Positions 42,617 through 54,185 are shown, counted from the first letter of the stretch. The stretch: 64,000 nucleotides of DNA from Candidatus Oxydemutatoraceae bacterium (GCA_965218975.1 OZ244717.1:512001-576000); one strand, 5' to 3'. Made by a program: numbers and translations. Notes: a model not told the origin generated them from the letters alone.

Positions 42617-45514
42617 ATGAGCAGTGCCGACACAACGGAGTTGCACCAACCGACATCGGGTACCGACCCCAATAATCACAGCCAATTCCCGCATGCGACA
42701 GATACCGAGCTATTGATTGCCGCACCGAGCGAAGGGAAATACCGCGTTATCCGCCGCAACGGTAAAGTTACCGTATTCGATGAAAACAAAATCAAATTTG
42801 CAGTAATGAAAGCATTCCTTGCGGTTGAGCAGGACAGCGCGGTCACTTCGCGTCGTATTCACGATATTGCAGAGAACCTAACCAAACAAGTGGTATATGC
42901 CTTGCAACGTAGTCGCCCCGAAGGTGGTATTTTCCATATTGAGGACATTCAAGACTATGTTGAGCTCGCGCTGATGCGCAATGGCCACCATCAAGTGGCC
43001 CGTTCTTACGTCTTGTATCGCGAAGAACATGCCAAACAACGAAAAGAAGCCGGTACCGCCGAAGGCAAAAAGCAGGTTGATGCCGCAAAATTCAATGTCG
43101 TGATGAAGGATTCCAGCCGAAAACCGCTGAATCTTGAGCGTATAAAAAAAGTGATCAACGAAGCATGTAAAGATACGGATGACGTTGAATCGCGTTTGGT
43201 TATCGAAGAGTTTCTACGCAATATTTTCGACGGAATATCTGAAAAAGATGTCGGCACCGCATTGGTTATGAGTGCGCGCACCTTGATTGAAAAGGAACCA
43301 AACTACACCTATGTTTCCGCCCGTTTGCTCCTTGATCAACTGCGCAGAGAAACTTTGTCTTTCTTATCCGGACGGTTTGATGAAGCCACAGCGACGGAAA
43401 TGAGTAAACGTTATCCCGAATACTTCAAGAAGTGCATTCACCGAGCGGCGGAACTTAGGCTACTAGACTCAAAACTTGCTAATGAATATGATTTGGACAA
43501 AATCGGGAAAGCGATCAAACCCGACCGCGATCACCGGTTCACTTATCTTGCGATGCAAACATTATACGATCGCTACTTTATTCACTTTCAGTCGCATCGC
43601 ATTGAACTACCCCAAGCATTTTTCATGCGCGTGGCAATGGGGCTTGCAATCAATGAAATCAATTGCAACACCCGCGCGATTGAGTTTTATAATTTATTGT
43701 CATCATTTGATTTTCTCAGCTCGACACCTACATTGTTTAATTCGGGTACTTTGCGCCCGCAGCTATCGTCGTGTTATTTGACAACTGTCGCAGATAATTT
43801 ACATAGCATTTTCAGCGCTATCCAAGACAACGCAATGCTATCAAAATTCGCCGGCGGTCTAGGTAACGATTGGTCGCGAGTGCGCGCAATGAAATCACAT
43901 ATCAAAGGTACCAACGGTGAATCGCAGGGAATTGTCCCGTTCCTAAAAGTTGCCAATGATACCGCTGTTGCGGTCAACCAGGGAGGCAAACGCAAAGGCG
44001 CGGTTTGCGCTTATTTAGAAACTTGGCATTTAGACATTCTTGAGTTCATTGAGTTGCGCAAAAACACCGGCGATGATCGCCGTCGCACACACGATATGAA
44101 TACCGCCAACTGGGTCCCCGACTTATTCATGAAACGCGTGGCGAATGACGGAAAATGGACGCTGTTCTCTCCCGACGAAACTTCCGATTTGCACGACTTA
44201 TACGGTGCGGCGTTTGAGCGGCGTTACACCGAATACGAAGCGATGGCGGAACAAGGCAGAATAAAAAATTCCACTCAGATGAAAGCCAACGATCTGTGGC
44301 GCAAAATGCTCAATATGGTGTACGAAACCGGTCATCCGTGGATGACATTCAAAGACCCGTGCAATCTGCGTTCGCCTCAGCAACACAATGGCACCATTCA
44401 TTCATCTAACTTGTGCACTGAGATAACTCTCAACACATCGGACGATGAAATCGCAGTATGCAACTTAGGCTCAATCAATTTTTCCACGCATGTCAATGCA
44501 AACGGCTTAATGACGGATAAGATTGAGAAAACCATCACGACCGCAATGCGTATGTTGGATAATGTGATTGGCTATAATTACTATAGTGTTGATAAAGCGC
44601 GCACCTCCAACTTACGCCATCGTCCGGTCGGGCTAGGCGTGATGGGATTCCAAGACGCACTGTATAAGCTGCGGATACCTTACGCATCGGAGGAAGCTGT
44701 TGAATTTGCCGATCGCTCAATGGAGGCTGTCAGCTATTTTGCGATCAAAGCTTCTAATCAGTTAGCACGTGAACGCGGCGCTTACTCGAGCTTTAGCGGA
44801 TCGCTCTGGGATCAAGGCATCTTGCCGATTGATTCAGTCGCCAAGCTAAAAGAATATCGCGGAGATTATCTTGACTTGGACATGTCCCAGACCTTAAATT
44901 GGGATATCCTGCGCGAAGATATTAAACATTACGGGTTACGTAATTCAAACACATTGGCAATTGCGCCGACCGCAACTATTTCTAATATTTGCGGTGTGTC
45001 GCAAAGCATTGAACCTACGTTTCAAAATTTATTTGTCAAGTCCAACTTATCCGGTGAGTTTACCGTGGTAAACCCTTACTTGGTTAAAGATCTTAAAAAA
45101 TTGGGTATCTGGGACGAAGTAATGGTCAATGACCTGAAATACTATGACGGCAGCGTCGCCAATATTGATCGTATTCCGCAGGAACTCAAGGAGCTGTTCG
45201 CCACAGCGTTTGAAATAGACCCTCGCTGGTTGGTTGAAGCCGCAGCGCGGCGTCAAAAGTGGATTGATCAATCGCAATCGCTCAACTTGTACATGAACGA
45301 ACCGTCCGGCAAAAAAATAGACTCTTTGTATAAGCTGGCCTGGCTAAGAGGCCTCAAAACAACTTACTACTTGCGCTCTGTCGCGGCAACTCATGTTGAG
45401 AAAAGCACGCTTGAAGGACGCAACAATCAATTAAACGCGGTCAAACTCAACAGTCAAGATAAAGATGCCGCCGCATGCTCAATCCTTGATCCCGAATGCG
45501 AGGTATGTCAATAA
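42617..45514 (+). CDS. nrdA: Ribonucleotide reductase class I alpha subunit with two ATP-cones
   Basis: VIRRNG and VVMKDSS cones, STPTLFN, SSNLCTEI, C-terminal CEVCQ. Confidence 0.97.
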   Translation: MSSADTTELHQPTSGTDPNNHSQFPHATDTELLIAAPSEGKYRVIRRNGKVTVFDENKIKFAVMKAFLAVEQDSAVTSRRIHDIAENLTKQVVYALQRSRPEGGIFHIEDIQDYVELALMRNGHHQVARSYVLYREEHAKQRKEAGTAEGKKQVDAAKFNVVMKDSSRKPLNLERIKKVINEACKDTDDVESRLVIEEFLRNIFDGISEKDVGTALVMSARTLIEKEPNYTYVSARLLLDQLRRETLSFLSGRFDEATATEMSKRYPEYFKKCIHRAAELRLLDSKLANEYDLDKIGKAIKPDRDHRFTYLAMQTLYDRYFIHFQSHRIELPQAFFMRVAMGLAINEINCNTRAIEFYNLLSSFDFLSSTPTLFNSGTLRPQLSSCYLTTVADNLHSIFSAIQDNAMLSKFAGGLGNDWSRVRAMKSHIKGTNGESQGIVPFLKVANDTAVAVNQGGKRKGAVCAYLETWHLDILEFIELRKNTGDDRRRTHDMNTANWVPDLFMKRVANDGKWTLFSPDETSDLHDLYGAAFERRYTEYEAMAEQGRIKNSTQMKANDLWRKMLNMVYETGHPWMTFKDPCNLRSPQQHNGTIHSSNLCTEITLNTSDDEIAVCNLGSINFSTHVNANGLMTDKIEKTITTAMRMLDNVIGYNYYSVDKARTSNLRHRPVGLGVMGFQDALYKLRIPYASEEAVEFADRSMEAVSYFAIKASNQLARERGAYSSFSGSLWDQGILPIDSVAKLKEYRGDYLDLDMSQTLNWDILREDIKHYGLRNSNTLAIAPTATISNICGVSQSIEPTFQNLFVKSNLSGEFTVVNPYLVKDLKKLGIWDEVMVNDLKYYDGSVANIDRIPQELKELFATAFEIDPRWLVEAAARRQKWIDQSQSLNLYMNEPSGKKIDSLYKLAWLRGLKTTYYLRSVAATHVEKSTLEGRNNQLNAVKLNSQDKDAAACSILDPECEVCQ

Positions 45515-45539
45515 CTCGGTACTTTAATAGGAGGTTATT

Positions 45540-46715
45540 ATGGAACTAACATGGGATGACCCACTGATTCAAATCAAGCAGAAGCAGGATAGTCGGTCAA
45601 TATCCGACCACAGCAAGATTGGCGACTCTCCCGCAGTACCTGCTATTATCAATCAATCCGGTATAACCGGCTTGGAAAATATAGAAATGGGGGCCGCGCG
45701 GGTACATGTTGATAACAAACAAATCATTAACTGCCGCGCCGACCTCAATCAACTTGTTCCGTTTAAGTATAAGTGGGCGTGGGATAAATATCTGCGTGCA
45801 TGCAATAACCATTGGATGCCTCAAGAAATTAATATGGCTGCCGATGTTAAGTTATGGAAGGATGAAAACAGCCTGAGTGAAGACGAACGTCGTATTGTTA
45901 AACGCAACTTAGGTTTTTTTTCAACTGCAGATTCATTGGTTGCAAACAATCTTGTGTTGGCAGTCTATCGTCACATTACCAACCCGGAATGCCGGCAGTA
46001 TTTGTTAAGGCAAGCTTTTGAAGAAGCGGTGCATACCCATGCTTATCAATATTGCATTGAAGCGCTGGGGTTGGATGAATCCGAAATATTCAATATGTAC
46101 CGCGAACTTCCTTCGGTCGCCCGTAAAGCAGAATGGGCATTGCCTTATACGCAAAGTATTAGCGATCCGAACTTTAAAACCGGGACTCTCGAAAACGACC
46201 AACGCCTGTTACGTGATTTGATCGCCTTTTATGTGGTGTTTGAAGGCATTTTCTTCTATGTCGGTTTCACGCAAATTTTATCCATGGGTCGCAGAAACAA
46301 GATGACAGGTGTCGCCGAACAATTTCAATATATCTTGCGCGATGAATCAATGCACATGAACTTCGGCATTGATGTGATCAATCAGATTAAAGTGGAAAAC
46401 CCGCATCTTTGGACTGAAGAATTCAAACAGCAAATTACGGAAATTATTCTCAGCGGAGTGGACTTCGAAAAACAATATGCGGAGGATACAATACCGCACG
46501 GTATGTTGGGAATGAATGCTAATCTATTTAAAGACTATGTCGAATACATTGCCAACCGCCGTTTCAGTCAAATTGGTTTGCCTAGACAATTTCCGATCAA
46601 AGCGGAGAGCCCATTCCCATGGATGTCTGAAATCGTCGACTTGAAAAAAGAAAAGAACTTTTTTGAGACACGCGTAACCGAATATCAAACCGGCGGCGCA
46701 TTGGAATGGAATTAA
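45540..46715 (+). CDS. nrdB: Ribonucleotide reductase beta subunit (class Ia residues)
   Basis: [17 protein letters not shown] (radical Tyr), [16 protein letters not shown]. Confidence 0.96.
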   Translation: MELTWDDPLIQIKQKQDSRSISDHSKIGDSPAVPAIINQSGITGLENIEMGAARVHVDNKQIINCRADLNQLVPFKYKWAWDKYLRACNNHWMPQEINMAADVKLWKDENSLSEDERRIVKRNLGFFSTADSLVANNLVLAVYRHITNPECRQYLLRQAFEEAVHTHAYQYCIEALGLDESEIFNMYRELPSVARKAEWALPYTQSISDPNFKTGTLENDQRLLRDLIAFYVVFEGIFFYVGFTQILSMGRRNKMTGVAEQFQYILRDESMHMNFGIDVINQIKVENPHLWTEEFKQQITEIILSGVDFEKQYAEDTIPHGMLGMNANLFKDYVEYIANRRFSQIGLPRQFPIKAESPFPWMSEIVDLKKEKNFFETRVTEYQTGGALEWN

Positions 46716-46750
46716 TAAGCATCGGCGCAAACAGCTTTGACTAATCTTAG

Positions 46751-47877
46751 TGTACGTGTCCAATACATTCCGGACAAATGAGGCCGGGTAAATAGAGCGG
46801 CTGCCGGGCAATGACTTGATACGGGGTCATGTAGTTTAATCCCCGCATGTAGTTTAATCCCCGGTGGGGGCGCTCACCGTTGTAGCGCTGCAAGTAATCA
46901 ATCATCTGCCGGTTAAACTCACCGATGTTTTCAAGCAATAACGCTTCCCGATAGTCGATAAACTCTTCCTGGACCGTACGGTTGAAGCGTTCGTTATAAG
47001 CATTCATCTTGGGGCACCCGGGTAAGTATAGCAGTGGCGGATCTTTCGTTGCCGAAGGTATTGATTGAATGCGCCTTGGAACTCACTGCTGTTGTCGGTC
47101 GATACTTGCTCGATTTTGCCCGGCAAGACTGTTTGCACCAAGGCGACAAACCGAGCCGCTTGGGCGCTATTGCCACGAGGCACTGCCGCCGCGAAGGCAA
47201 AGTGGCTTGAATGATCCGTTGCGGTCGGAATATAGCGTCGGCTGCCTTCGATAAAACGGATAATAGTATCGAAAGCAACACAGTGTCCGACATGCCTCGC
47301 ACCGGCTTTGCTATTCAGACGCGGGCGTGGCGGCTTACGTCGCAACGGGTTAGCTTGACCTTTGCGGTCCAAGCGCTGCAGTGAGCAACGCATCCGATCC
47401 GGGGCATCTGAAATCAAGCGCCCGATCGTCGTCGCACTCGGACACAACAGACCTTGCTTGCGGCACCACGGCAAGAGCAACACATAAATCTTATCCCGTC
47501 CCTAGTGGGGTATCTTAGGCGCAGACGACGGATTTCCCGGATCAGGGTTTGCGGCCAGACCCGCTGCTGGCGTTTACGCGGCGTTCTACTGCGGTCGTGC
47601 AAACTGCTCAACCCTCCCTGCCGATAGGCCAGGCGCCATGCATACAGCGTCGAACGACTGACCTTGAACGCATCCAGGGTTGCATCTAGTCCGTGTTTCC
47701 CCCAAAATAATAGGGCATCATATTTCTGTTGAAGCTTAGAGTGCTCATGAGCCTCTATTTTTGAAGCAAAATTGGCTCATATAGAAACCTTTGATGCGGT
47801 GGCCGATGTGCTGATATTGCATGTCGGTCACCTTTTTATTGACGTCCAAGAATCCAGTATGTATCTGGACACGTACA
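46751..47877 (-). mobile_element. Full-length IS481-like element (subtype B) with frameshifted transposase
   Basis: Terminal inverted repeats TGTACGTGTCCA(A/G); VAFDT, STDNSSEF, NAYNERFNRTVQEEF spread over several frames; 18-bp duplication at 46828-46863. Confidence 0.92.
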
Positions 47878-48395
47878 TGATACCCAGGTTCTCTTTACGT
47901 AACATTTGCCTTGTCGGCATAATTACCTGTAGCGGAGCTTTAGCATTTGCCTATTGGTATTTGGAGCGGCATCTCGGTCTGACGCCTTGCCCTCTGTGCA
48001 TTTTTGACCGCGCCGTAATTGCCGTGCTCGCCGGATGTTTTTTCATCGCTCTGATGCATCAACCTGCGCGGATGGGACAGCGGATATATGCAGGAATTAT
48101 TTTGGCGTTTAGCATGCTAGGAATTGCTCTCGCCGGCAGACATATCCACTTACAGAACCTGCCGCCGGAAGCAACGCCTGATTGCTTGCCTGATCTAGGG
48201 TATATGCTGGAAAAGTTTTCTCCGGTCGAAGTTATTCAAACAGTGTTCAATAGCACGAGAGAATGTACGGAAATCGATTGGACATTTCTTGGACTAACCA
48301 TCCCGCAACAAACATTACTGGTATTCATTCTGCTGATGATTTTCGGTGTAGCGCTGGGGCTGGCCCGAGGCAAAACATCCGCAGCATCGCATTAA
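47877..48395 (+). CDS. dsbB: Disulfide bond formation protein B
   Basis: PCPLC, second Cys pair, WTFLGLTIP; the longer ORF start lies inside the IS. Confidence 0.9.
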   Translation: MIPRFSLRNICLVGIITCSGALAFAYWYLERHLGLTPCPLCIFDRAVIAVLAGCFFIALMHQPARMGQRIYAGIILAFSMLGIALAGRHIHLQNLPPEATPDCLPDLGYMLEKFSPVEVIQTVFNSTRECTEIDWTFLGLTIPQQTLLVFILLMIFGVALGLARGKTSAASH

Positions 48396-49378
48396 ACGTT
48401 TGTCAAGCTCGGCAGTTGCCAACGCGGATATATTTGCGGGAAATCGGCGCCTCGTCGGGTATAGCGGAACAATCCCGCATAAGCAATCATCACCCCGTTA
48501 TCCGTGCATAATTCATGCTGAGGGAAAAAAACTTCGGCAGGCAGTTTAGAAAGAGCCTGACGAAGGGAAATATTAGCGCTCACTCCTCCTGCCGAAGCAA
48601 GATGCCGCACCCTAGTTTGTTCAAGGGCGTAACGGCACTTAGTCACCAGTGTTTCAATAATGGCTTCTTCAAAAGCAAGCGCGATGTCAGCTTTTGTTTG
48701 GGGGTCCGAAGGGCCATTTTGCACTGTGCGGAGTACACAAGTTTTCAGCCCGCTGAAACTAAAATCTAATCCTTTGTCCAACATCGGACGCGGGAACTGA
48801 AACCGACCGCTGCGACCCTGCTGTGCGAGCCGTTCAATCTCGGGCCCGCCCGGATAAGGCAAACCCAACAGCTTTGCCGTTTTATCAAAAGCTTCCCCCG
48901 CCGCATCATCCAAGCTTTCTCCTAGTAAGGTATAACACCCTGGCTTTTTTACTAGTACCAATTGTGTATGGCCCCCGGAAACCAGCAATGCAACGAACGG
49001 CGGTTTCGGTGCCGGCGTGTTCAACTGCAAAGTAAGTAAATGCGCTTCCATATGATGAATCGCCAATGCCGGAACCTCCAACGCATATGCAATGCTGTGC
49101 GCAAACACTGCGCCGGTTAACAAAGCGCTTGCCAAACCGGGACCTGCGGTATAAGCAACCGCATCGATATCTTGAATACGTGTCTTCGCAATTGCTTGAC
49201 GAATCAACGGAATCAATCGGCAAGCATGGTCGCGTGATGCCAGCTCCGGCACCACGCCTCCATAAGGTTGATGCAATTCGACTTGGCTGAATAACGACTG
49301 ACCAATAATACCTTGCTCTGAATCAACCAGACCGATACCGGTTTCGTCGCAGGAAGTTTCGATGCCTAATATGCGCAT
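48392..49378 (-). CDS. tsaD: tRNA threonylcarbamoyltransferase
   Basis: [28 protein letters not shown]. Confidence 0.97.
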   Translation of the reverse strand: MRILGIETSCDETGIGLVDSEQGIIGQSLFSQVELHQPYGGVVPELASRDHACRLIPLIRQAIAKTRIQDIDAVAYTAGPGLASALLTGAVFAHSIAYALEVPALAIHHMEAHLLTLQLNTPAPKPPFVALLVSGGHTQLVLVKKPGCYTLLGESLDDAAGEAFDKTAKLLGLPYPGGPEIERLAQQGRSGRFQFPRPMLDKGLDFSFSGLKTCVLRTVQNGPSDPQTKADIALAFEEAIIETLVTKCRYALEQTRVRHLASAGGVSANISLRQALSKLPAEVFFPQHELCTDNGVMIAYAGLFRYTRRGADFPQIYPRWQLPSLTNV

Positions 49379-49382
49379 TGCA

Positions 49383-49943
49383 TCAATATAATGAGCGCAG
49401 GACCACTAGCAATAGATACAAACCAAATAGCGCAATCATAATGCTGAAGTCGACAGGACCGGTGATGGATAAACTTCGCCTTATCGGTTGCAGCAATGGT
49501 TCGGCCAGCTCATGCAATAAGACAAACAATGCATTGTTCGTACGCTGAATCGGGGAAATAAACCAGCTACTAATTGCGATAATAATCAACACAAAGATAT
49601 AAATATGTATAACGGTTTGTGCCAGTTGGATTATCCCGACGAGTAATAATTGTTCAAATGGGATTATTCCTTTACGGATCAAAATCAAAAATCCCGACTC
49701 GCTAACTTTGACAATATACGCAAACAACCAACACGATAAATCCACTCGTCCCACTGTCGGCAGAAACTGGCGTAGCACCGATAAAGGCCTTTCGGTCAAA
49801 CGAAAAATGAATTGCGATAGAGGGTTATAAAAACTCGCTTGAACAAATGTCAGCATGGCGCGTAATATCAGTACCAATGCGTAAATAGAAAATAAAGTCT
49901 CAGTTATAAATAACATGAGATTTTGCGCAATATTAGAACCCAC
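49383..49943 (-). CDS. yggT: YggT family membrane protein
   Basis: [17 protein letters not shown]; follows proC. Confidence 0.88.
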   Translation of the reverse strand: MGSNIAQNLMLFITETLFSIYALVLILRAMLTFVQASFYNPLSQFIFRLTERPLSVLRQFLPTVGRVDLSCWLFAYIVKVSESGFLILIRKGIIPFEQLLLVGIIQLAQTVIHIYIFVLIIIAISSWFISPIQRTNNALFVLLHELAEPLLQPIRRSLSITGPVDFSIMIALFGLYLLLVVLRSLY

Positions 49944-50796
49944 GATCTGCCCGATTAGTTGAGTGTGACCGGCTTACTTCATTAGCAAGGCTTACTTCAT
50001 TAGCAATTTGCGTGCAACGTTCGGTCGCCGCTTGCAAAGCGCGCTTGAAAATCGCAGGAAGATTCTCCTGTTCAAATATTGCCAACGCTTGCTCGGTTGT
50101 GCCGCCTTTTGAAGTCACGCGATCGCATAATTCGCTTAAATTCACTGTACTCTCACGCGCGTAAGCCGCCGCACCCAACGCAGTTTGTACTACCAGCCGT
50201 TTTGCCAAATCATGCGTCATACCGGATGCCATTACCGCGTCTTGCAGCGTTTGTAAAAAATAGAAAAAATAAGCCGGGCCGCTGCCGGATAATGCCGTTA
50301 CTTGCTCCATTAGCGTTTCGTCTGTCAACCACGCAACTTCTCCGACTGCAGCAAAGATTTCCTCCGTCGCAGCACGTTGCGCAGGCAACACTCCTTCAGC
50401 CGCGCACAACACACTCATCCCTTGTCCGACCGCAATCGGCAAATTAGGCATGCATCGGATAACGATCGTTGACGATGTCCATTTCTGAATCATCTCCAAA
50501 CGAACACCCGCAGCAACTGAAACCAGCAATCGACCGTCTAATACAGAACAGATTTCCTTGCATACCGAACGTATATCATTCGGCTTGACACACAGTAAAA
50601 CAACTTCCGCAGAAGCAACCGCGTCCGCCGCTCGGGAACAAATGCTGATAGTCGGGTATTTGCTTCCGACCTGTTTACTTTGTTTAGGGTTAATATCGAA
50701 AATGTATAGATTGCGCAACGGGTCCGATATCCGCAATAAACCTTGCAGCAGACTCCTTGCCAGATTTCCCGCACCGATCAAAGCGATTTTCTTCAT
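49933..50796 (-). CDS. proC: Pyrroline-5-carboxylate reductase (start MKKIA)
   Basis: IGAGNL, RCMPN, SGSGPAY, VTSKGGTT. Confidence 0.95.
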   Translation of the reverse strand: MKKIALIGAGNLARSLLQGLLRISDPLRNLYIFDINPKQSKQVGSKYPTISICSRAADAVASAEVVLLCVKPNDIRSVCKEICSVLDGRLLVSVAAGVRLEMIQKWTSSTIVIRCMPNLPIAVGQGMSVLCAAEGVLPAQRAATEEIFAAVGEVAWLTDETLMEQVTALSGSGPAYFFYFLQTLQDAVMASGMTHDLAKRLVVQTALGAAAYARESTVNLSELCDRVTSKGGTTEQALAIFEQENLPAIFKRALQAATERCTQIANEVSLANEVSRSHSTNRADRGF

Positions 50797-51392
50797 TTTG
50801 CCCCCACTTTGTTTTCTTCGCCTGCCAATATTAAGCGAATATTTGTTTGATGTCTGACAATTAGCATCGCGGCCATCAGCATCATAACAACAGATAGAAA
50901 AAGTGATCCCGAGCTCCACCACGTTATCAACGGTGCGGCAATTCCCATAAAAATGTTAGCGAGCGAAACGTAACGCGTCGCCGCAATCACCAATAGCCAG
51001 ATACCCGCACAGATTAACGCAGTCTGCAGGTGCAAAGCAATTAAGCAACCCATTAATGTCGCACCCCCTTTCCCGCCGCGAAAACCATGATATAAAGGAA
51101 ACAAATGTCCGAGGAAAGCCGCTAAACCTACAAGCGTCAGTACCGATAGTTCAAGCCCGAGCTGCGTTGCTATACCAATCGGTACAATCGCCTTGAACAT
51201 ATCGCCGATCAAAGTCAAAAATCCTGCGGCCCAATGTCCATCGCGCGAAACATTGGTTGCGCCCGGGTTGCACGAATGCACGGCACGCGGGTCCGGCAAA
51301 CGCAATAGTGCGGATACAATAATTGCAAATGAAATAGAGCCGATAAGATAACCGGCAATAATTGCTATCGTGTTAATCCAATGTGACATCAA
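50793..51392 (-). CDS. plsY: Glycerol-3-phosphate acyltransferase
   Basis: GYLIGSI, NPGATN, FRGGKG, RH..NI.L...E. Confidence 0.95.
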   Translation of the reverse strand: MMSHWINTIAIIAGYLIGSISFAIIVSALLRLPDPRAVHSCNPGATNVSRDGHWAAGFLTLIGDMFKAIVPIGIATQLGLELSVLTLVGLAAFLGHLFPLYHGFRGGKGGATLMGCLIALHLQTALICAGIWLLVIAATRYVSLANIFMGIAAPLITWWSSGSLFLSVVMMLMAAMLIVRHQTNIRLILAGEENKVGAK

Positions 51393-51435
51393 GATTTGTT
51401 TGTTTGATATTATGCATCACGCACTAAATTACGGA

Positions 51436-52209
51436 ATGTTTATTGAACGAACCGGGCAAGGTACCAATCTTTTTCTGATTCATGGCTGGGCAATGAATCG
51501 ACACTGCTGGAACCCACTGCGGGCGGAACTTCCGTCTCATTATCGCCTAAATACCATTGATTTACCCGGACATGGCAATAGTATCAATTGCACCGTATCC
51601 CTTGGTCAACCGCAAGCCTTAATCCGTGCATTGCTTGATATGGCACCGGATAATGCTATTTGGATTGGTTGGTCGTTAGGCGGATTGCTCGCTCAAATGG
51701 CGGCGGTCCGAGCACCCGATCAAATTCGCCGGCTAGTCAGCATCGGAATGGGGGCACGCTTTACCGCAACACATAATTGGTCTTCGGCAACTCCTCTCGC
51801 ACGAGTCGCGCAGATAAAAAGAAATTTAGCGGCTCATCCGTCACAAACTATGCATGACTTTATTGAAGCACAAATTGATTCGTGCCACTCCCAAGAAGAA
51901 GTACGTACACAACTGCAACGCATGATACAACCCCCTTTTGAATTGGAGGAAATACGGAATGGACTTGCTCTGCTTCAAACCGGCGATTGCAGAGCTGAAA
52001 TGTCGCAGTACCGAGGACAAGTTTTATATATCAGCGGCGCGAATGACATGATTTGCCCGCCGCTTTCCGTAAAACGAAGCGCCGCATTATGCCGCAATGG
52101 TCGTTTTGAAATCATTGCTAAAACGGGACATGCTCCTTTGCTCTCGCATCCCTTCCGGATTTCACAACTTTTGGAATCTTTACGCATAAAAGATGAACCG
52201 ATTAAATAA
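51436..52209 (+). CDS. bioH: Pimeloyl-ACP methyl ester esterase
   Basis: HGWAMN, DLPGHG, GWSLGG, GHAP; next to bioC; start may be 51412. Confidence 0.85.
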   Translation: MFIERTGQGTNLFLIHGWAMNRHCWNPLRAELPSHYRLNTIDLPGHGNSINCTVSLGQPQALIRALLDMAPDNAIWIGWSLGGLLAQMAAVRAPDQIRRLVSIGMGARFTATHNWSSATPLARVAQIKRNLAAHPSQTMHDFIEAQIDSCHSQEEVRTQLQRMIQPPFELEEIRNGLALLQTGDCRAEMSQYRGQVLYISGANDMICPPLSVKRSAALCRNGRFEIIAKTGHAPLLSHPFRISQLLESLRIKDEPIK

Positions 52210-53032
52210 ACGATTAATTCGCCAATCATTTGAGCGAGCCGCGAAACATTATGCGGCAGGTGCCGACCTGCAACGTTGTTTGGCAACGCGTTTAATTTCA
52301 TTCGCCAAACCTTACTTGTCCACACTACCAAAATCTGTTCAATTGCTTGACGCAGGTTGTGGTTGCGGAATTAACATCCCCATGCTGACAGAAACTTTTT
52401 CCGGCGCGCACTCCAACCATATTGTCGGTGTCGATATTGCCACCGCTATGCTACAGCAGGCAAAGAATCAAATAAGTACCGATACAACCGCGCCGGTAGC
52501 CGATCATACCGTCCGGTTTATTTGTGGCGATTTAGAGGCGTTACCGATTAAAAACGGCACGTTTGACGTAGTCTTCTCAACCGCCGCGTTGCAATGGTGT
52601 AATGACATTGCCTGCGTAATTCGAGAGTTCAGACGCGTATCTAATGCAGGCAGTCGGTTGTTAATTGCCACTTATGGACCCACAACTCTGTATGAATTAC
52701 ACAATAGTTGGCAAGGCATCGATCACCATCGACATACACTGGATTTCGTGTCAGTCAATCAACTGACACGCCATTGCGGTAACGAAGGATTCCGAATCCT
52801 GCACTGTAAGCAACAAAGGGAAGTGGTGCTGTACCCAAACGTCAAATCACTGCTCATCGCACTCAAAACTATCGGCGTTAAAAATTGCCGTAATGATCGC
52901 GCGCGCGGCTTGACGTCACCGACTTCGCTGCAAAAAATGATGAAAAATTATGTACGCCGCTATGGTCAATGCAACAAAAAAAGCATCCCGGCGAGCTATG
53001 AAATCATCCAATTAGTCGGGCAAGCCATTTAA
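52193..53032 (+). CDS. bioC: Malonyl-ACP O-methyltransferase
   Basis: SFERAA..Y, LDAGCGCG, LQWC, TLYEL. Confidence 0.88.
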   Translation: MNRLNKRLIRQSFERAAKHYAAGADLQRCLATRLISFAKPYLSTLPKSVQLLDAGCGCGINIPMLTETFSGAHSNHIVGVDIATAMLQQAKNQISTDTTAPVADHTVRFICGDLEALPIKNGTFDVVFSTAALQWCNDIACVIREFRRVSNAGSRLLIATYGPTTLYELHNSWQGIDHHRHTLDFVSVNQLTRHCGNEGFRILHCKQQREVVLYPNVKSLLIALKTIGVKNCRNDRARGLTSPTSLQKMMKNYVRRYGQCNKKSIPASYEIIQLVGQAI

Positions 53033-53495
53033 ATGATTAAAACTAAGGAAAATACGATATATGACAAACCGCAATCTGCATAAGTTCAGAAACTTTTGGC
53101 ACTCCTGCCGACAGAAGGAGAAGCCTTGCAGGTCCAACATTATAGGCTATCGAATTCGGGGGTTGTATAGTGCCAGATACATATGGGACTCACGGCACGA
53201 CTCGAAAAGGTGACCGACATGCAATATCAGCACATCGGCCACCGCATCAAAGGTTTCTATATAAGCCAATTTTGCTTCAAAAATAGAGGCTATTATGAAC
53301 ACAACGGCTCAACAGAAACACGATGCCCGGTTATTTTGGGAGGGTTGTAACTCCCGAACGCATTCAAGGTCGGTCGCAGCACTTTGTACCGCTGGCGCCG
53401 ACGTTATCGCCGTACTGGACTCAGCGCCTTGCATGACCGCGGCAAAGCGCCGCGCAAGAGGCGTCGGCGGGTTGTCAGTAAAGTGCCTGTCGTCC

Positions 53496-54185
53496 ATGAC
53501 GAGACTTGGTTCTGTCAATGAACGCCAGCCCCGACGTCTTTGTCGAGTCGTTCGCCGTTGAAAACCGATCGGTTTTCAGGGCACGTCTCACCCTGCGCCA
53601 GGCTTATCCGAATTTCGGCAGCAGTAAAGTCTTTGAGCTGATGAAACCGTTTTGTGTTTGTTGCAGTGTTATCAGCAAAGTGTCTGTCGTCCGTGACGAG
53701 ACTTGGTTCTGTCAATGAACGCCAGCCCCGACGTCCTTGTCGAGTCGTTCGCCGCTGAAAACCGATCGGTTTTCCGGGCGCGTTTCACCCTGCGCCAGGC
53801 TTATCAGAATTTCGGCAGCAGTAAAGTCTTTGAGCTGATGAAACCATTTTGTGTTTGCTGCCGGATTATCGGCAAAGTGCCTGTCGTCCATGACAAGACT
53901 TGGTTCTGTCAATGAACGCCAGCCCCGACGTCCTTGTCGGGTCGTTCGCCGCTGAAAACCGATCGGTTTTCCGGGCGCGTCTCACCCTGCGCCAGGCTTA
54001 TCAGAATTTCGGCAGCAGTAAAGTCTTTGAGCTGATGAAACCATTTTGTGTTTGTTGCCGTGTTATCAGTAAAGTGTCTGTCGTCCGTGACGAGACTTGG
54101 TTCTGTCAATGAGCACCAGCCCGACGTCCTTGTCGGGTCGTTCGCCGCTGAAAACCGATCGGTTTTCCGGGCGCGTTTCACCCTG
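53496..54185 (+). repeat. 197-bp tandem array (3.5 units)
   Basis: Cores start at 53496, 53693, 53890, 54087. Confidence 0.95.

Noticed and set aside
45540-46715. Class Ic (Mn/Fe) ribonucleotide reductase
   Set aside because: The radical tyrosine (HTHAY) and the Asp ligand (ADSL) are present, as in class Ia.
47772-47876. N-terminal extension of DsbB
   Set aside because: It is the antisense of the IS left end, also present at 1.9 and 53.2 kb.
53630-53830. Hammerhead ribozyme in the tandem unit
   Set aside because: CTGATGA on the plus strand encodes transposase ELMK and has no stem II followed by GAAA. The minus-strand CTGATAA-stem-GAAAC lacks a conserved G and most copies read GAGAC.
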